A program made the translations under genes and the position numbers. A stretch of DNA of 64,000 nucleotides from Candidatus Latescibacterota bacterium (GTDB lineage Bacteria > Latescibacterota > UBA2968 > GCA-2709665): contig OZ242180.1 of assembly GCA_965205485.1 (NCBI GenBank), forward strand, positions 800,001 through 864,000. Direction: 5' to 3'. The notes below the pieces were generated by a model. It saw only the letters and a program-made list of their open reading frames with translations. It was not told where the DNA came from and made no database searches. Of this stretch, positions 51,043 to 60,433 are shown piece by piece (position 1 is the first letter of the stretch; each line of letters starts with the position of its first letter).

Positions 51043-53349
51043 TCACAGGCTATAGCCGAGTGACAGCAGATAGTTCCTGGGCGTTCCCGGCATGATCCGG
51101 TCACGACGCCAGGCGTTCTGGTAGTACCCCACGTCGGTGAGATTCTTGACGCTCAGATCCACTCTCAGGGTCTGCAGCCGGTAGGTGACGGTGGCATCGA
51201 CCCGCACGTAGTCGTCGAGGATGAAGTCATTGTCCAGATTGCCCTGGCGCTCCCCCGTATAGATCACGCCCAGTCCCACGGCAAGGCCATTCGTATAGCG
51301 GTAGTTGCACCACACACTGGCGCTGTGTTCGGGAGTATTGTCGAGATGGTTGTCCTCCCACGCGGGGCGGTCAGCGTCCCTTTCGACGCGCGCGTCCACA
51401 TACGCGTAGCTGGCGATAGCACGCAGCTGGGGGATCGGCTGCGCGGTCAGGTCGAGATCGACGCCCCGGCTGCGCTGGCACCCAATCTGAACTCGGTAAA
51501 TGCGGTTGCGGGGATTGGTTTCGACGACATTCGTGCGCGCCAGATCGTACAGCGCCAGGGTCGCGCTCAAGCGGTTGTCGGCATCGGTCCACCGCCCTCC
51601 CACCTCAAATTGCGCCGCCAACTCGGGGTCGACCGGTCCGACCATATCGGGAGTTATCCGTGTGGCGCCGTCCTCCGGTTCATTGAGGATCTTCTCGCCC
51701 GACTTCGGTCTGAAAGAGCGGCTGTAACTGGAGTAGAGGGAGAAACCACCACCTGGCTTGCAGACGACGCCCAGGCGTGGGCTCAAACTCCCGTTACTGC
51801 GGCCGTGGGTTCTGTAGCTGCCGCGCTGATTCGTGCGTTCGTCGAAGTCGACCCCGTCATAGCGCAACCCCCCCAGCAGAACCCATTGGTCGCCGAGTTC
51901 CACCAGGTCTTGCAGATACATGCCCCAACTGGTCTCTTCGCGCTCGCGGTTGCGGAACAGGGCGAAATCCTGGGGTATGGTCAGCCCGTAGTACGGCTCC
52001 GGATCGTAGATGTCGATTTTCAGCGCATCGGCATCCGCCGCTTCCGGCGTGCCCTCGCGATGGACACGATCGCCGAGCACTTCACGCTCTTTGTAGAAGG
52101 AGAGTGCCACGCCCAACAACAGCGTATGCCGCAGAGCGCCCCGCTCCTGTTTGTAGCTCAGGTCGTGACGCATCGTCGTCTCGCGATAGAAGATCTCGTT
52201 GTCGTAAATGGCGCGATTAAGCAGGTTGGTGTCGCTGTCCGGATGTCCTGCCCCACCGGGCAAGCCAACGACACCGCCCCGCGTGGCTTCAACCGACATT
52301 TGCTCGCGATCCCAGTTGGTCTTGTAGTGGCTGAGGGCCCACGTGTGCTTCAGGCTGCGCGTCCAGTGCCGCGTAGCGCGCAGGGTGACAGCGCCGTTGC
52401 TCATGGTCTCCTTGTTGTAGAGCGGGTCTCCGTAGAAGCGATCGATGGGTACCGACGCAGGCTGATCGAGGATCGCGACGATGCCGGCATCGGCCGTTCT
52501 TTCGTCGCGCAACAACTCAAAATTCAGTTCCAGCGTTGTCGATTGAGACCAGCCCCAATAGACGGAAGGGTTGACGTACCAGCGATCCTGCTCAACGAAA
52601 TCGCGAAAACTCTCCGTTGTCAATCGAGAGCCGTACAGCCTGTAGAGCACCCTGCCCTCCCGGTCGAGCGGACCGGACGCCGAAAATCGGGGGCTCATGT
52701 GGCCGTAGCTGCCCGCGCTCAGGTACAACTGGCGCGTGGAGATTGTAGACGGCTGGGGGGTAATGGTGTTAATAATCCCCCCCGGCTCAATCGCGCCATA
52801 GAGGATGGAGGCCGGGCCCTTGAGCACCTCCACCCGTTCGAGATTGCCCGGCTCAGCGGCAAACCGATTGTAGTACGGCACTCCATTGTGGTAGTAGTTG
52901 CGCCTGGGATCCAACCGGAAGCCGCGAATGACGAAATCTTCGGAGACTGCCGAATTCGTACCGCGACTGAAAACGCCGCTCACATTTTTCAGGCCGTCCC
53001 AAAGGGTGGTGGCCTGCTGATCTTCGAGTACCTGTCTCTTGATGGTCAGAACGGATTGCGGTGTGTCTTCCAGCGGAATGGGAATCCCGAGAGCCGTGCC
53101 GCTGTGCGTGGAGGAATAGCCCGTATCGGGTTCGGCGGAGACGACCAACTCAGGCAGTGCGTACACACTCGTTTCCTGCGAGGAATAGCCCGTGTCAGGT
53201 TCGGCGGGGACGACCGCGCCAGTCTTGACTGCTTCTTGCTCGGCCCAGACGGGACTGCACAGGGCGCTGAGGATCACGGCCGCGGAAAGGGGAATGGATC
53301 GGACCCTTGAGGCGTTCGGCAGCAACGAAATCTTCCGGAATTTTTGCAT
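51043..53349 (-). CDS. TonB-dependent outer-membrane receptor (siderophore-receptor-like)
   Basis: Signal peptide, DTPQSV, IRGF, ERVEVLKGPASILYG...PGGIIN, beta-barrel strands, NLTD..Y, terminal LGYSL. Confidence 0.93.
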   Translation of the reverse strand: MQKFRKISLLPNASRVRSIPLSAAVILSALCSPVWAEQEAVKTGAVVPAEPDTGYSSQETSVYALPELVVSAEPDTGYSSTHSGTALGIPIPLEDTPQSVLTIKRQVLEDQQATTLWDGLKNVSGVFSRGTNSAVSEDFVIRGFRLDPRRNYYHNGVPYYNRFAAEPGNLERVEVLKGPASILYGAIEPGGIINTITPQPSTISTRQLYLSAGSYGHMSPRFSASGPLDREGRVLYRLYGSRLTTESFRDFVEQDRWYVNPSVYWGWSQSTTLELNFELLRDERTADAGIVAILDQPASVPIDRFYGDPLYNKETMSNGAVTLRATRHWTRSLKHTWALSHYKTNWDREQMSVEATRGGVVGLPGGAGHPDSDTNLLNRAIYDNEIFYRETTMRHDLSYKQERGALRHTLLLGVALSFYKEREVLGDRVHREGTPEAADADALKIDIYDPEPYYGLTIPQDFALFRNREREETSWGMYLQDLVELGDQWVLLGGLRYDGVDFDERTNQRGSYRTHGRSNGSLSPRLGVVCKPGGGFSLYSSYSRSFRPKSGEKILNEPEDGATRITPDMVGPVDPELAAQFEVGGRWTDADNRLSATLALYDLARTNVVETNPRNRIYRVQIGCQRSRGVDLDLTAQPIPQLRAIASYAYVDARVERDADRPAWEDNHLDNTPEHSASVWCNYRYTNGLAVGLGVIYTGERQGNLDNDFILDDYVRVDATVTYRLQTLRVDLSVKNLTDVGYYQNAWRRDRIMPGTPRNYLLSLGYSL

Positions 53350-53387
53350 TTCTCCTCCTGTAGTGTGCGCAAATGCGCGTGATGTTA

Positions 53388-53409
53388 TGATAATGAGTGC
53401 TCATTATCA
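53388..53409. promoter_or_regulatory. Fur-family operator upstream of the TonB receptor
   Basis: TGATAATGAG-TG-CTCATTATCA, with perfect 10-bp arms. Confidence 0.8.
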
Positions 53410-53498
53410 ATAAGTAGCCGAGGGAAGCTGCCTGCGGTCACTCCCTCAACGGTTCCCTTCGCCGTGACTTCACCCCTGCCACACGGTTCAAGCGTGTT

Positions 53499-53879
53499 TC
53501 AATTCCCCGCGCTGCAATCGCGGCATTGTCCGTAGAGCGTGATCTCGTGCTCTTCGAGCTCGAAGCCCGGCGGCGCCAGGTTCACGATACCCTCCGGGCA
53601 CCCGGGGATGTCGAACGCTTCGTCGCACTCACGACAGAGAAAATGGTGATGATGGCCCCGGTCGGTCGGCTCGTAGCGCACATCATTGACGCCCATTTCC
53701 ACGGCACGCACTTCACCGGAGTCTTGCAGGCGCCTGAGTTGCCGATAAACCGTTGCAATGCCCAGCGTCGGCACGATAGGGGACGCCAGGTCGAGGATTC
53801 CCATGGGGCGAAGTGGACCGGGGGCGTCGCGAATAACCCTCACGATGGCGCTGCGCTGGTTGGTGAGTCTGTTGCTCAT
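53499..53879 (-). CDS. Fur-family transcriptional repressor (Fur/Zur-like)
   Basis: TNQRSAI, LGIATVYRQL, HHHHFLCRECD, EHEITLYGQCRDC. RBS GGAGG. Confidence 0.92.
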   Translation of the reverse strand: MSNRLTNQRSAIVRVIRDAPGPLRPMGILDLASPIVPTLGIATVYRQLRRLQDSGEVRAVEMGVNDVRYEPTDRGHHHHFLCRECDEAFDIPGCPEGIVNLAPPGFELEEHEITLYGQCRDCSAGN

Positions 53880-54059
53880 GTGTATGCCTCCTTTGGCCGC
53901 TTGACGCCGGTTTGGCTCGACGGTCTTCAGTCGCCTGGCTCTCAGAGCGCACACCTGATCCAAGCCCTGGTGATCGTCAGTGGCGTTAGATGAACACGCC
54001 CAACCGCCTGCAGTTGCCGCGAATTGACGGTGATTCAAGGGAGAGCACAACCCTTGAAG

Positions 54060-54126
54060 TGATATTGATAACTCATTATCATTTGTTGGCAGGCAGGAAT
54101 GTAAGGGATACGATACGGGAAGTCAA
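54060..54126 (-). promoter_or_regulatory. Promoter of the Fur-family gene plus a second operator
   Basis: TTGACT-17-TACATT (54126-54098). TGATATTGATAACTCATTATCA at 54060-54081 is 18/22 identical to the 53388 box. Confidence 0.7.
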
Positions 54127-54167
54127 GTGGTAAATATCGATTTCAATTCGCATAGGGTGTTTGTATT

Positions 54168-56168
54168 TCAATAATTATGAAACCCGTGTCCCTGGCCGGG
54201 AAACCAGATCAGGTCGACGACCTGCGCGATGCCGATGCCAACGCAATACCCGATGACGGTCCCGTAGAAAAACGGCTTGGCCTTCTCGTACATCCGTGGC
54301 CCACCGTAGTGCACGATCAGCAGTTTGGCCGCCCATACGAGCATGATGCTCAGCACATAGTACCGGGGTCCCGTCGTATACTGGAACGCCAGGCCGAGCG
54401 GGTGCAGCGGCCACCAAGGAAACCACGTCCGCAGCAGCGCGAGCAGACCCGCCTCTCCAGCGCCGATAAGCCAGATCCCCAGCTTCTGCGGGTCGAAAAC
54501 GGTTCGGTCCGTTTCTCCGATGGACGTCGCCAGACCGTTGAATATGCCGTGCGGCCCCTCCCACAAGGTCCACGACCGCAGAAAGAGTGCGGACTCCGTA
54601 TAGCAGTAAAAGACAATGAAGCCAACGCAGACCAGAAAGCTGACCACGAATCCGACAAAGACCGTGCCGCCGACCCATCCCCGGCGGGACTTCAGATGGT
54701 CCATCGCCTTCAGATGATGGGGAAGCATCTGAATCGTCTGCAGCCGGCCCCCTCCGAAGAAGACGCTGCTGTTCAGGAGCCCCAATCCGACCAGGTTCCG
54801 GGTATCCATCGTGGCCGTGCCCGTGATGGACTTGAGCCACCATCCGCCCTTGCCGCCCACTGGGACCAGATATCCGAACCCCGTCGCCGCCATGTATTTC
54901 GCCACCGTGAAATACGCAATGAACATCAACGTCATCTGACCCAGGGCAAGGCTGAACGAGAGGCCCACGGCCATGAAGAAACCACAGACGAAACTCGCGC
55001 AGACCAGCAGCCCCGCCACCGCGGTCCGGTAGGTGACCGGACCCTCCCCCTCCCCGCCGCCTTCCCAGGCCTTCTTCCAGACGTACGCGAGGTGACGCCT
55101 GGCCATCCACAGGGACCACACCACCAGGACCGTCATTGCCCCGTGGCTCTCCAGATTGACGATCTCGTTGCCGGTCGAGGGTTGCCCCGCCATGCCCACG
55201 GTGAACCCGGTCCGGTTCATCACGCCCACCTTCACCACCGCCAGCAGGCCCATGAACCAGAAACTGAACAGCAGGTCCAGGCGACACAGATAACCCAGAC
55301 CGATCACGAGCGGTAAAACCCGATAGTAGACGCGGGGAAAGTTGTGGGCCACCACCATCCACTTGGTGTTCACCGAGTCGAACAGCGTGACGCGCGGCAC
55401 CTGGGGGTACCAGAACGTGATGATGTTCCAGCAGATGATGCCGGCCGTCCAGGCAAAACCCAGCCAGAACAACGGCGACCGGAAGAGCCTCGGAATGGCG
55501 CGGCCGGGTCCGATTCCATCGGTCAGATCAGAGGGAAAACTGACCAGCGGATAGGTCAGCCGTTCGGCGTCGGCCCACTGTCGATGAAAAATCGTGGTAA
55601 CGAAAAAAGCCACGCCTACCATGGCGAGGCTGCCTGCCAGCCACCATCCCACCGGCGCCAGCCACCCGGACCAGGGGACTGACTCCCCCTTGCGCAACCC
55701 GAAGTAGAACCGGTCCACGATTTCCGGCACGGGCTCGGGGAACGCCCAGTGCGGCAGCTCGTCGAGGAACAGGTCGGCCCAGCGGTTCTCGGGGGTCGCG
55801 AAGAAATGCGGCGCGGGCAGCGCGCCCGTCATATACCCCGTCCACCCCACTCCGGGCATCATCCCCGCGATCCAGGCCATGGCGAAGATAACCATCATCT
55901 CCGTGCGGGAGAGCACGCTACCGGGCGCGACCCGGGCGATCACCATGTTGATGACCACCCAGATTACAAATACCAGTATCAGCGATACAGGGAAATTGGA
56001 TTTGACCAGCGACCCGACGTGCAGAACCATCGACCCGGCGATGCCGTAATAGGCCGAGGCGGCAGCCGTCAACAGACCCAGAACCACCGACCGCGCGGTG
56101 ATACCGCTCCCCGCGGAATCGGGTTCTTCAGAACGGTTCCGGTGATCGTCAAGACGCGCCTGAGCCAT
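54168..56168 (-). CDS. Polytopic membrane protein (DUF6785/DUF6784-like, putative transporter)
   Basis: Many TM helices; ATPENRW, QW...ERLTYPL, WWPLHPLG, K.....YGG...YEKAKPFF.G. Confidence 0.8.
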   Translation of the reverse strand: MAQARLDDHRNRSEEPDSAGSGITARSVVLGLLTAAASAYYGIAGSMVLHVGSLVKSNFPVSLILVFVIWVVINMVIARVAPGSVLSRTEMMVIFAMAWIAGMMPGVGWTGYMTGALPAPHFFATPENRWADLFLDELPHWAFPEPVPEIVDRFYFGLRKGESVPWSGWLAPVGWWLAGSLAMVGVAFFVTTIFHRQWADAERLTYPLVSFPSDLTDGIGPGRAIPRLFRSPLFWLGFAWTAGIICWNIITFWYPQVPRVTLFDSVNTKWMVVAHNFPRVYYRVLPLVIGLGYLCRLDLLFSFWFMGLLAVVKVGVMNRTGFTVGMAGQPSTGNEIVNLESHGAMTVLVVWSLWMARRHLAYVWKKAWEGGGEGEGPVTYRTAVAGLLVCASFVCGFFMAVGLSFSLALGQMTLMFIAYFTVAKYMAATGFGYLVPVGGKGGWWLKSITGTATMDTRNLVGLGLLNSSVFFGGGRLQTIQMLPHHLKAMDHLKSRRGWVGGTVFVGFVVSFLVCVGFIVFYCYTESALFLRSWTLWEGPHGIFNGLATSIGETDRTVFDPQKLGIWLIGAGEAGLLALLRTWFPWWPLHPLGLAFQYTTGPRYYVLSIMLVWAAKLLIVHYGGPRMYEKAKPFFYGTVIGYCVGIGIAQVVDLIWFPGQGHGFHNY

Positions 56169-56227
56169 AATTACCGGTACCCCGGCGAAACCGGCGGGCT
56201 GCCGGTGGTCGGGTCATCCCCGTCGTC

Positions 56228-57058
56228 TCATCCGCCAGGAACAAACCGCCTCAGATAATCCACGGCCTTGGGGACCGCCGTGTCCTCCGCCTCCACCGCC
56301 TGACCTTCGTAGACCACGGAAACCCAACCATTGAAGTTTACGCCTCTCAGAATCTCAAAAATCCTGGGATAGTCCAGCCAGGCTTCCTCGCCGGTCTGAA
56401 TCCGGTAGATCTTCGCGCGCACGTGCACGGCCAGAGGCGCCGTTTCCGCGATGCTTCCATAGAAATCCAGCGCGGGGTCCTCCCTGCCGTTCGCGCCGCT
56501 GGCGCCGGGCGACCCGACGTACTGACCGGTGTCCAGGATATGGGACAGATAGGCGTTGTTCACCGTTTCGATGATGCGGCGCACATCCTTTCCCGTTCGC
56601 GTCACGCACCCGTGGTTGTGGTTGTGCAGGCCCAGCACCACGCCCTTCTCTTCGCCATAGGCGGCGACCTCCCGCATACACGGCATCATTCGCGCCCACA
56701 CCTCCTCTTCCGTCGCGCCGCCGCGCACCCACGCCGCGAATATCCGCACCATCGGGACCCCCATGAAGGCCGCCACGTCCACCCATTCCTTAACCTCGGA
56801 AACCGCGACGGCAAGCTCCGGCTCCGGCCTGCCGAAATCGTTGCTCACCCCGATATAGGAGATCGCCAGCCCGCGCTTCAGACACCGCATCCTGATATCC
56901 CGCAGGTACGCCGGTTCCGTGGAGGCGAACGCCCCGGTATGGATATCGATGCCATCCAGTCTCAACTCATGCGCCCGGTCGATAAACCCCTCAAGGTCCA
57001 TCGAGCCGTCCGCAAACCGGTCCTTGTAGCTCAGCGACATACAACCCAGTTTCATCAT
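56228..57058 (-). CDS. Sugar phosphate isomerase/epimerase family protein
   Basis: LDGID, VRIF, LHNHNH, LDTGQ, HVRAK, SVVYEG. RBS GAGGAG. Confidence 0.85.
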   Translation of the reverse strand: MMKLGCMSLSYKDRFADGSMDLEGFIDRAHELRLDGIDIHTGAFASTEPAYLRDIRMRCLKRGLAISYIGVSNDFGRPEPELAVAVSEVKEWVDVAAFMGVPMVRIFAAWVRGGATEEEVWARMMPCMREVAAYGEEKGVVLGLHNHNHGCVTRTGKDVRRIIETVNNAYLSHILDTGQYVGSPGASGANGREDPALDFYGSIAETAPLAVHVRAKIYRIQTGEEAWLDYPRIFEILRGVNFNGWVSVVYEGQAVEAEDTAVPKAVDYLRRFVPGG

Positions 57059-57113
57059 CCCGTCGATCTCCTCGCTAGTGCCCGACAACGGCTCGTCCCG
57101 GACTTTTCACAGC

Positions 57114-58241
57114 TTATATCCGCGCCAGGACTTTCAGAAGCCTGTCCACGTCCGCGCTTCCGTTGTACAGATGCGTGGACACCCGCAGCCGGCCGTATTC
57201 CCCCCAGCACAGCACATTATGCGCCGCGAGAGCCGTTTCGAGCCCCTTCGCGTCGTCCACCGCAAAGCAGGTGTTTCCGGACCGCGCCGCGCGTTCCCTG
57301 GGGCTGATCACCGGGTATCCGAGCCGGTCAAGGCCCGCGCTCACCTGCTCCGACAGATCGCGCGCGTGCGCGTCGATCCGGTCCATACCCACGCCCAGCA
57401 GGACCTCCAGCGCCTTGTCCAGGTGCATCACCACCATCATCGCCGGATTCCCCGGCTCCATCCGGTCCGGCATCGGCTTTTCGTCCACGTCGGGATGGCG
57501 CTCGGCGCGCTGGGCCGGCCAAACTGCCAGGTTCCGCCAGCCGAAACACGTCGTCCCAATCTGGGACTCCGCGTGCTCGCTCACGTAGCACGGAGCGACG
57601 CCGTGCGTCGCCAGCAACCATTTGTAGCTGCTGCTCACCGTCATATCCGCCAGCGCGGCATCGACCCGCACCACGCCGGAGGCATGGGTGGCGTCTACCG
57701 CCAGCAGCACGCCCCTTCCACGCGTCGCCTCGGAAAGCCGCGCCACGTCCAGGTTCTGCCCCGTGTAGAAACTTACCTGGCTCACGGCCAGCACCCGGGT
57801 TCGTGAATCCACGGCAGCCAGCAGGTCCGCTTCGTGGACGAACCAGTCGCGGTGCGGAACCAACCGGACTTCCACGCCCAGCCGGTCCAGTTGCTTCCAC
57901 GCGTAAGCCACCGACGGGAACTCCAGGTTCGTGGTCACCACGTTATCCCCGGCACGCCAGTCCAGCCCCCTCGCCAGCCAGTTGATGCCCTCGGCCGCTG
58001 ACGGCACGAACGCAATGCGCTTTGCGGGCACGCCCCACAAATCACCCATGCGGCCGCGGCATCTGTTCCCGATCGTGTAGATCACGTCCCGCCCGTCGTA
58101 TCCCCCGCTTTTCAGGCGCGCGAACTCTGCATAGACCGACTCCTGCGCCTTCAGCCACGGACTCTCTCCTCCCGTACACAGATGCGTAATCCCTTCAAGC
58201 CCCACAAATTCGTCGGGCGAAATCAACGGCTCGATCTTCAT
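57114..58241 (-). CDS. Class V PLP-dependent aminotransferase/lyase
   Basis: EFPSV, VDATH..G, SSYKWLL..HG, RVSTHLYN. Confidence 0.88.
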   Translation of the reverse strand: MKIEPLISPDEFVGLEGITHLCTGGESPWLKAQESVYAEFARLKSGGYDGRDVIYTIGNRCRGRMGDLWGVPAKRIAFVPSAAEGINWLARGLDWRAGDNVVTTNLEFPSVAYAWKQLDRLGVEVRLVPHRDWFVHEADLLAAVDSRTRVLAVSQVSFYTGQNLDVARLSEATRGRGVLLAVDATHASGVVRVDAALADMTVSSSYKWLLATHGVAPCYVSEHAESQIGTTCFGWRNLAVWPAQRAERHPDVDEKPMPDRMEPGNPAMMVVMHLDKALEVLLGVGMDRIDAHARDLSEQVSAGLDRLGYPVISPRERAARSGNTCFAVDDAKGLETALAAHNVLCWGEYGRLRVSTHLYNGSADVDRLLKVLARI

Positions 58242-58275
58242 AGACCCTCATTCTGATATTGGCGCCGCGCGCCCG

Positions 58276-59319
58276 TCACACGTGAAAGATGTACAGATCC
58301 CGGTCTACTTCGGAAGGCGCCACCCGCGCGCCGTTCCGTCGATGGCTCTCGGCCACGGCGAAACAGACCTCCGTGACGTGGTGCGTGACCTCCACGTTGC
58401 CCAGCGAGGGCGCTCCCGATTCGTAGGCGGCCGCCAGGTCCTCAAGGCACTCGACCACGGCGCTCCGCGGTTCCACCTCCGGAAACGCGGCAGCTTCCAC
58501 GGACGGGCGAACTCCTCTCCCGGGTTCCACCTTGCGCAATTCCCAGCCTACACCGTTGTTCCGCGACCGGATCGCCCCATCGCTGCCCACAACCTCGAAT
58601 TCCCAGTGGCCCGCAGGAATGGTCCACGCTTCGACGCCGTCTTCGAATTCCAGATGATACCTCGACACCGGATCTTCATCCAGGCGGTTGTTCTCTATTG
58701 CCAGGTCTTCCGGAAGCAGCTCTCCCCGCACCCGCGCGATCTTCGGATCGCCCAGCAGATACGAAAGCGTGTCTATCGAATGGACGTGTCCGTGCAGAAG
58801 ATTCGAACGGGAAAAATGCACCGCCACACTGACCTTGCCGATTTCCCCCTGCGCGATCAGCGCCCTCGCCGCGTGGTAGCGGTTGTCGAACCGCCGCAGC
58901 ACGCCGGTGTTGAACACGGTCCCGTGTTGCCGGCACGCATCCCGGACCGCGTCGGCTTCGGCCATCGAACACGCCATCGCCTTCTCCAGGTAGAGCATCG
59001 GTACGCCCGCGCGGGCGACCGCCACCCCCATCTCGGCGTGCAGAACTCCCTTGGTACACACCGCGACCATATCGGGCCGTTCCACTTCGATCATCTCGAG
59101 ATAATCCTCGTACAACGCCTCCACCCCCCACTTTTCGCCGAATGCGCGCCGCTTTTCCTCCACGAGGTCCGATCCCGCCACGAGTTCCATGCGCTCGCTC
59201 GCCTTGCACGACGCCGCCACCGAATACGGCAGCGTGATGGATGGATAGCCAACCACTTCCTCGTCGATCGTACTGCCCATTCGCCCCAAACCGACAATCG
59301 CAACACGATACGTCTTCAT
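58276..59319 (-). CDS. Gfo/Idh/MocA-family oxidoreductase
   Basis: IVGLGRMG, YEDYLEM, LEKAMA, RRF, HSID. Confidence 0.9.
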   Translation of the reverse strand: MKTYRVAIVGLGRMGSTIDEEVVGYPSITLPYSVAASCKASERMELVAGSDLVEEKRRAFGEKWGVEALYEDYLEMIEVERPDMVAVCTKGVLHAEMGVAVARAGVPMLYLEKAMACSMAEADAVRDACRQHGTVFNTGVLRRFDNRYHAARALIAQGEIGKVSVAVHFSRSNLLHGHVHSIDTLSYLLGDPKIARVRGELLPEDLAIENNRLDEDPVSRYHLEFEDGVEAWTIPAGHWEFEVVGSDGAIRSRNNGVGWELRKVEPGRGVRPSVEAAAFPEVEPRSAVVECLEDLAAAYESGAPSLGNVEVTHHVTEVCFAVAESHRRNGARVAPSEVDRDLYIFHV

Positions 59320-59634
59320 AGGTCTGCTCCCTTTACCCGTCCGTAAATAAAGCCCATCCGGGCTGATGATCAGCTTTCAGCCGTAAGTGTTCAGCACGCC
59401 CCGCCCCTCAACGCGGGCCTTCGTATTTCAGCCTTCCACGGGTGGTACTTCAGGGGTCGGAGAGATGCATTTTAACACCCCAAATCGGAAGCGTCAAGGC
59501 GAAAAACACACTTTCAGAGTCCCCGCTTGCGCCAGCGCCGCCAATGCCTTATTTTTGCGGAACAACTCAAATGCTTCAGAGCGAAACAGATGGGCCGTCA
59601 GACAGGGGCGGATCAAACCGGAACGGGCATCACC

Positions 59635-60170
59635 ATGCAGGAAGGGCACGTCATCGAATCCTGTTCGATTGAAGGAACCGAGACCCGTTTCCGGTATCCT
59701 CGCTGGAACGACCTGGACGCCTTCATCGACATGCACCGGACGCTTACGCGCGAGAAAGTCATGTGCAGGCGCCTTGAACTCGACGCGCTTCCGGGGGCCG
59801 CGAACTCTCGCAGGCCCTGATCGGGCTTAAACAGGAGCGGTCGAGTTACCTGCTCGTCGAACAGGACGGCGTTCTGGTGGGCGAAGGATTCACATCAAGA
59901 AGCGGGCACGACTATTGTACAATCGGCCTGGCCCTGGTGGCACGAGCGCGCGGCCGTGGAATAGGGACTCGCCTTATGCAGATCCTGGAAGACGAGTCCC
60001 GGAAGCTCGGCGCGCGCAGGCTGTATCTTACCGTGTGGTCCGCCAACGTCTCTGCGGTCCACGTCTACCGGAAGGTCGGCTACGTCGAATCCGGCCGCCG
60101 TCCGGATTGGGTGTTGATGGACTCCGGCGAGACCTGCGACCTGATCGATATGGTGAAGAACATCGAATAG
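59635..60170 (+). pseudogene. GNAT acetyltransferase split by a single-base frameshift near 59786
   Basis: N-part RFRYPRWNDLD continues in another frame as ASGGRELSQAL...YLLVEQDGVLVG...RGRGIGTRLM...N.SA..VYRKVGY. Confidence 0.75.
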
Positions 60171-60240
60171 GAAGAAACAATCAAAATCGGGGAGACGGAA
60201 GCCGGGAGAGGGGAGGCAACCACACCCCGGCCCACCACCT

Positions 60241-60367
60241 GGTGAGACGCAAGACGGGAGACGGGAGAGATTTCCTGCCTTGTGAGGTTTCTTATCGTGC
60301 CGGAGGCAACGAAGAACCATTAATCGGGCAAGTGCTTCATCTAACGTCTCCCCTCTTACTTCTCACC
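60241..60367. repeat. MITE-like dispersed repeat, copy 2
   Basis: Ends GGTGAGA/TCTCACC; core shared with 14383-14433. Confidence 0.6.
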
Positions 60368-60433
60368 GCCTTTAGGCGACCCTTGCGGTCGCATTTTCAA
60401 TCATAGTATTCTCAAGAGTTGTCGGGGACGCCC

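Noticed and set aside
59452..59525. Glycine-riboswitch-like words (GGAGAGA...AAGGCG...CTTTCAG) on the + strand
   Set aside because: The CCGAAG and CTCAGG cores and supporting stems are absent; the region is better explained by the minus-strand promoter.
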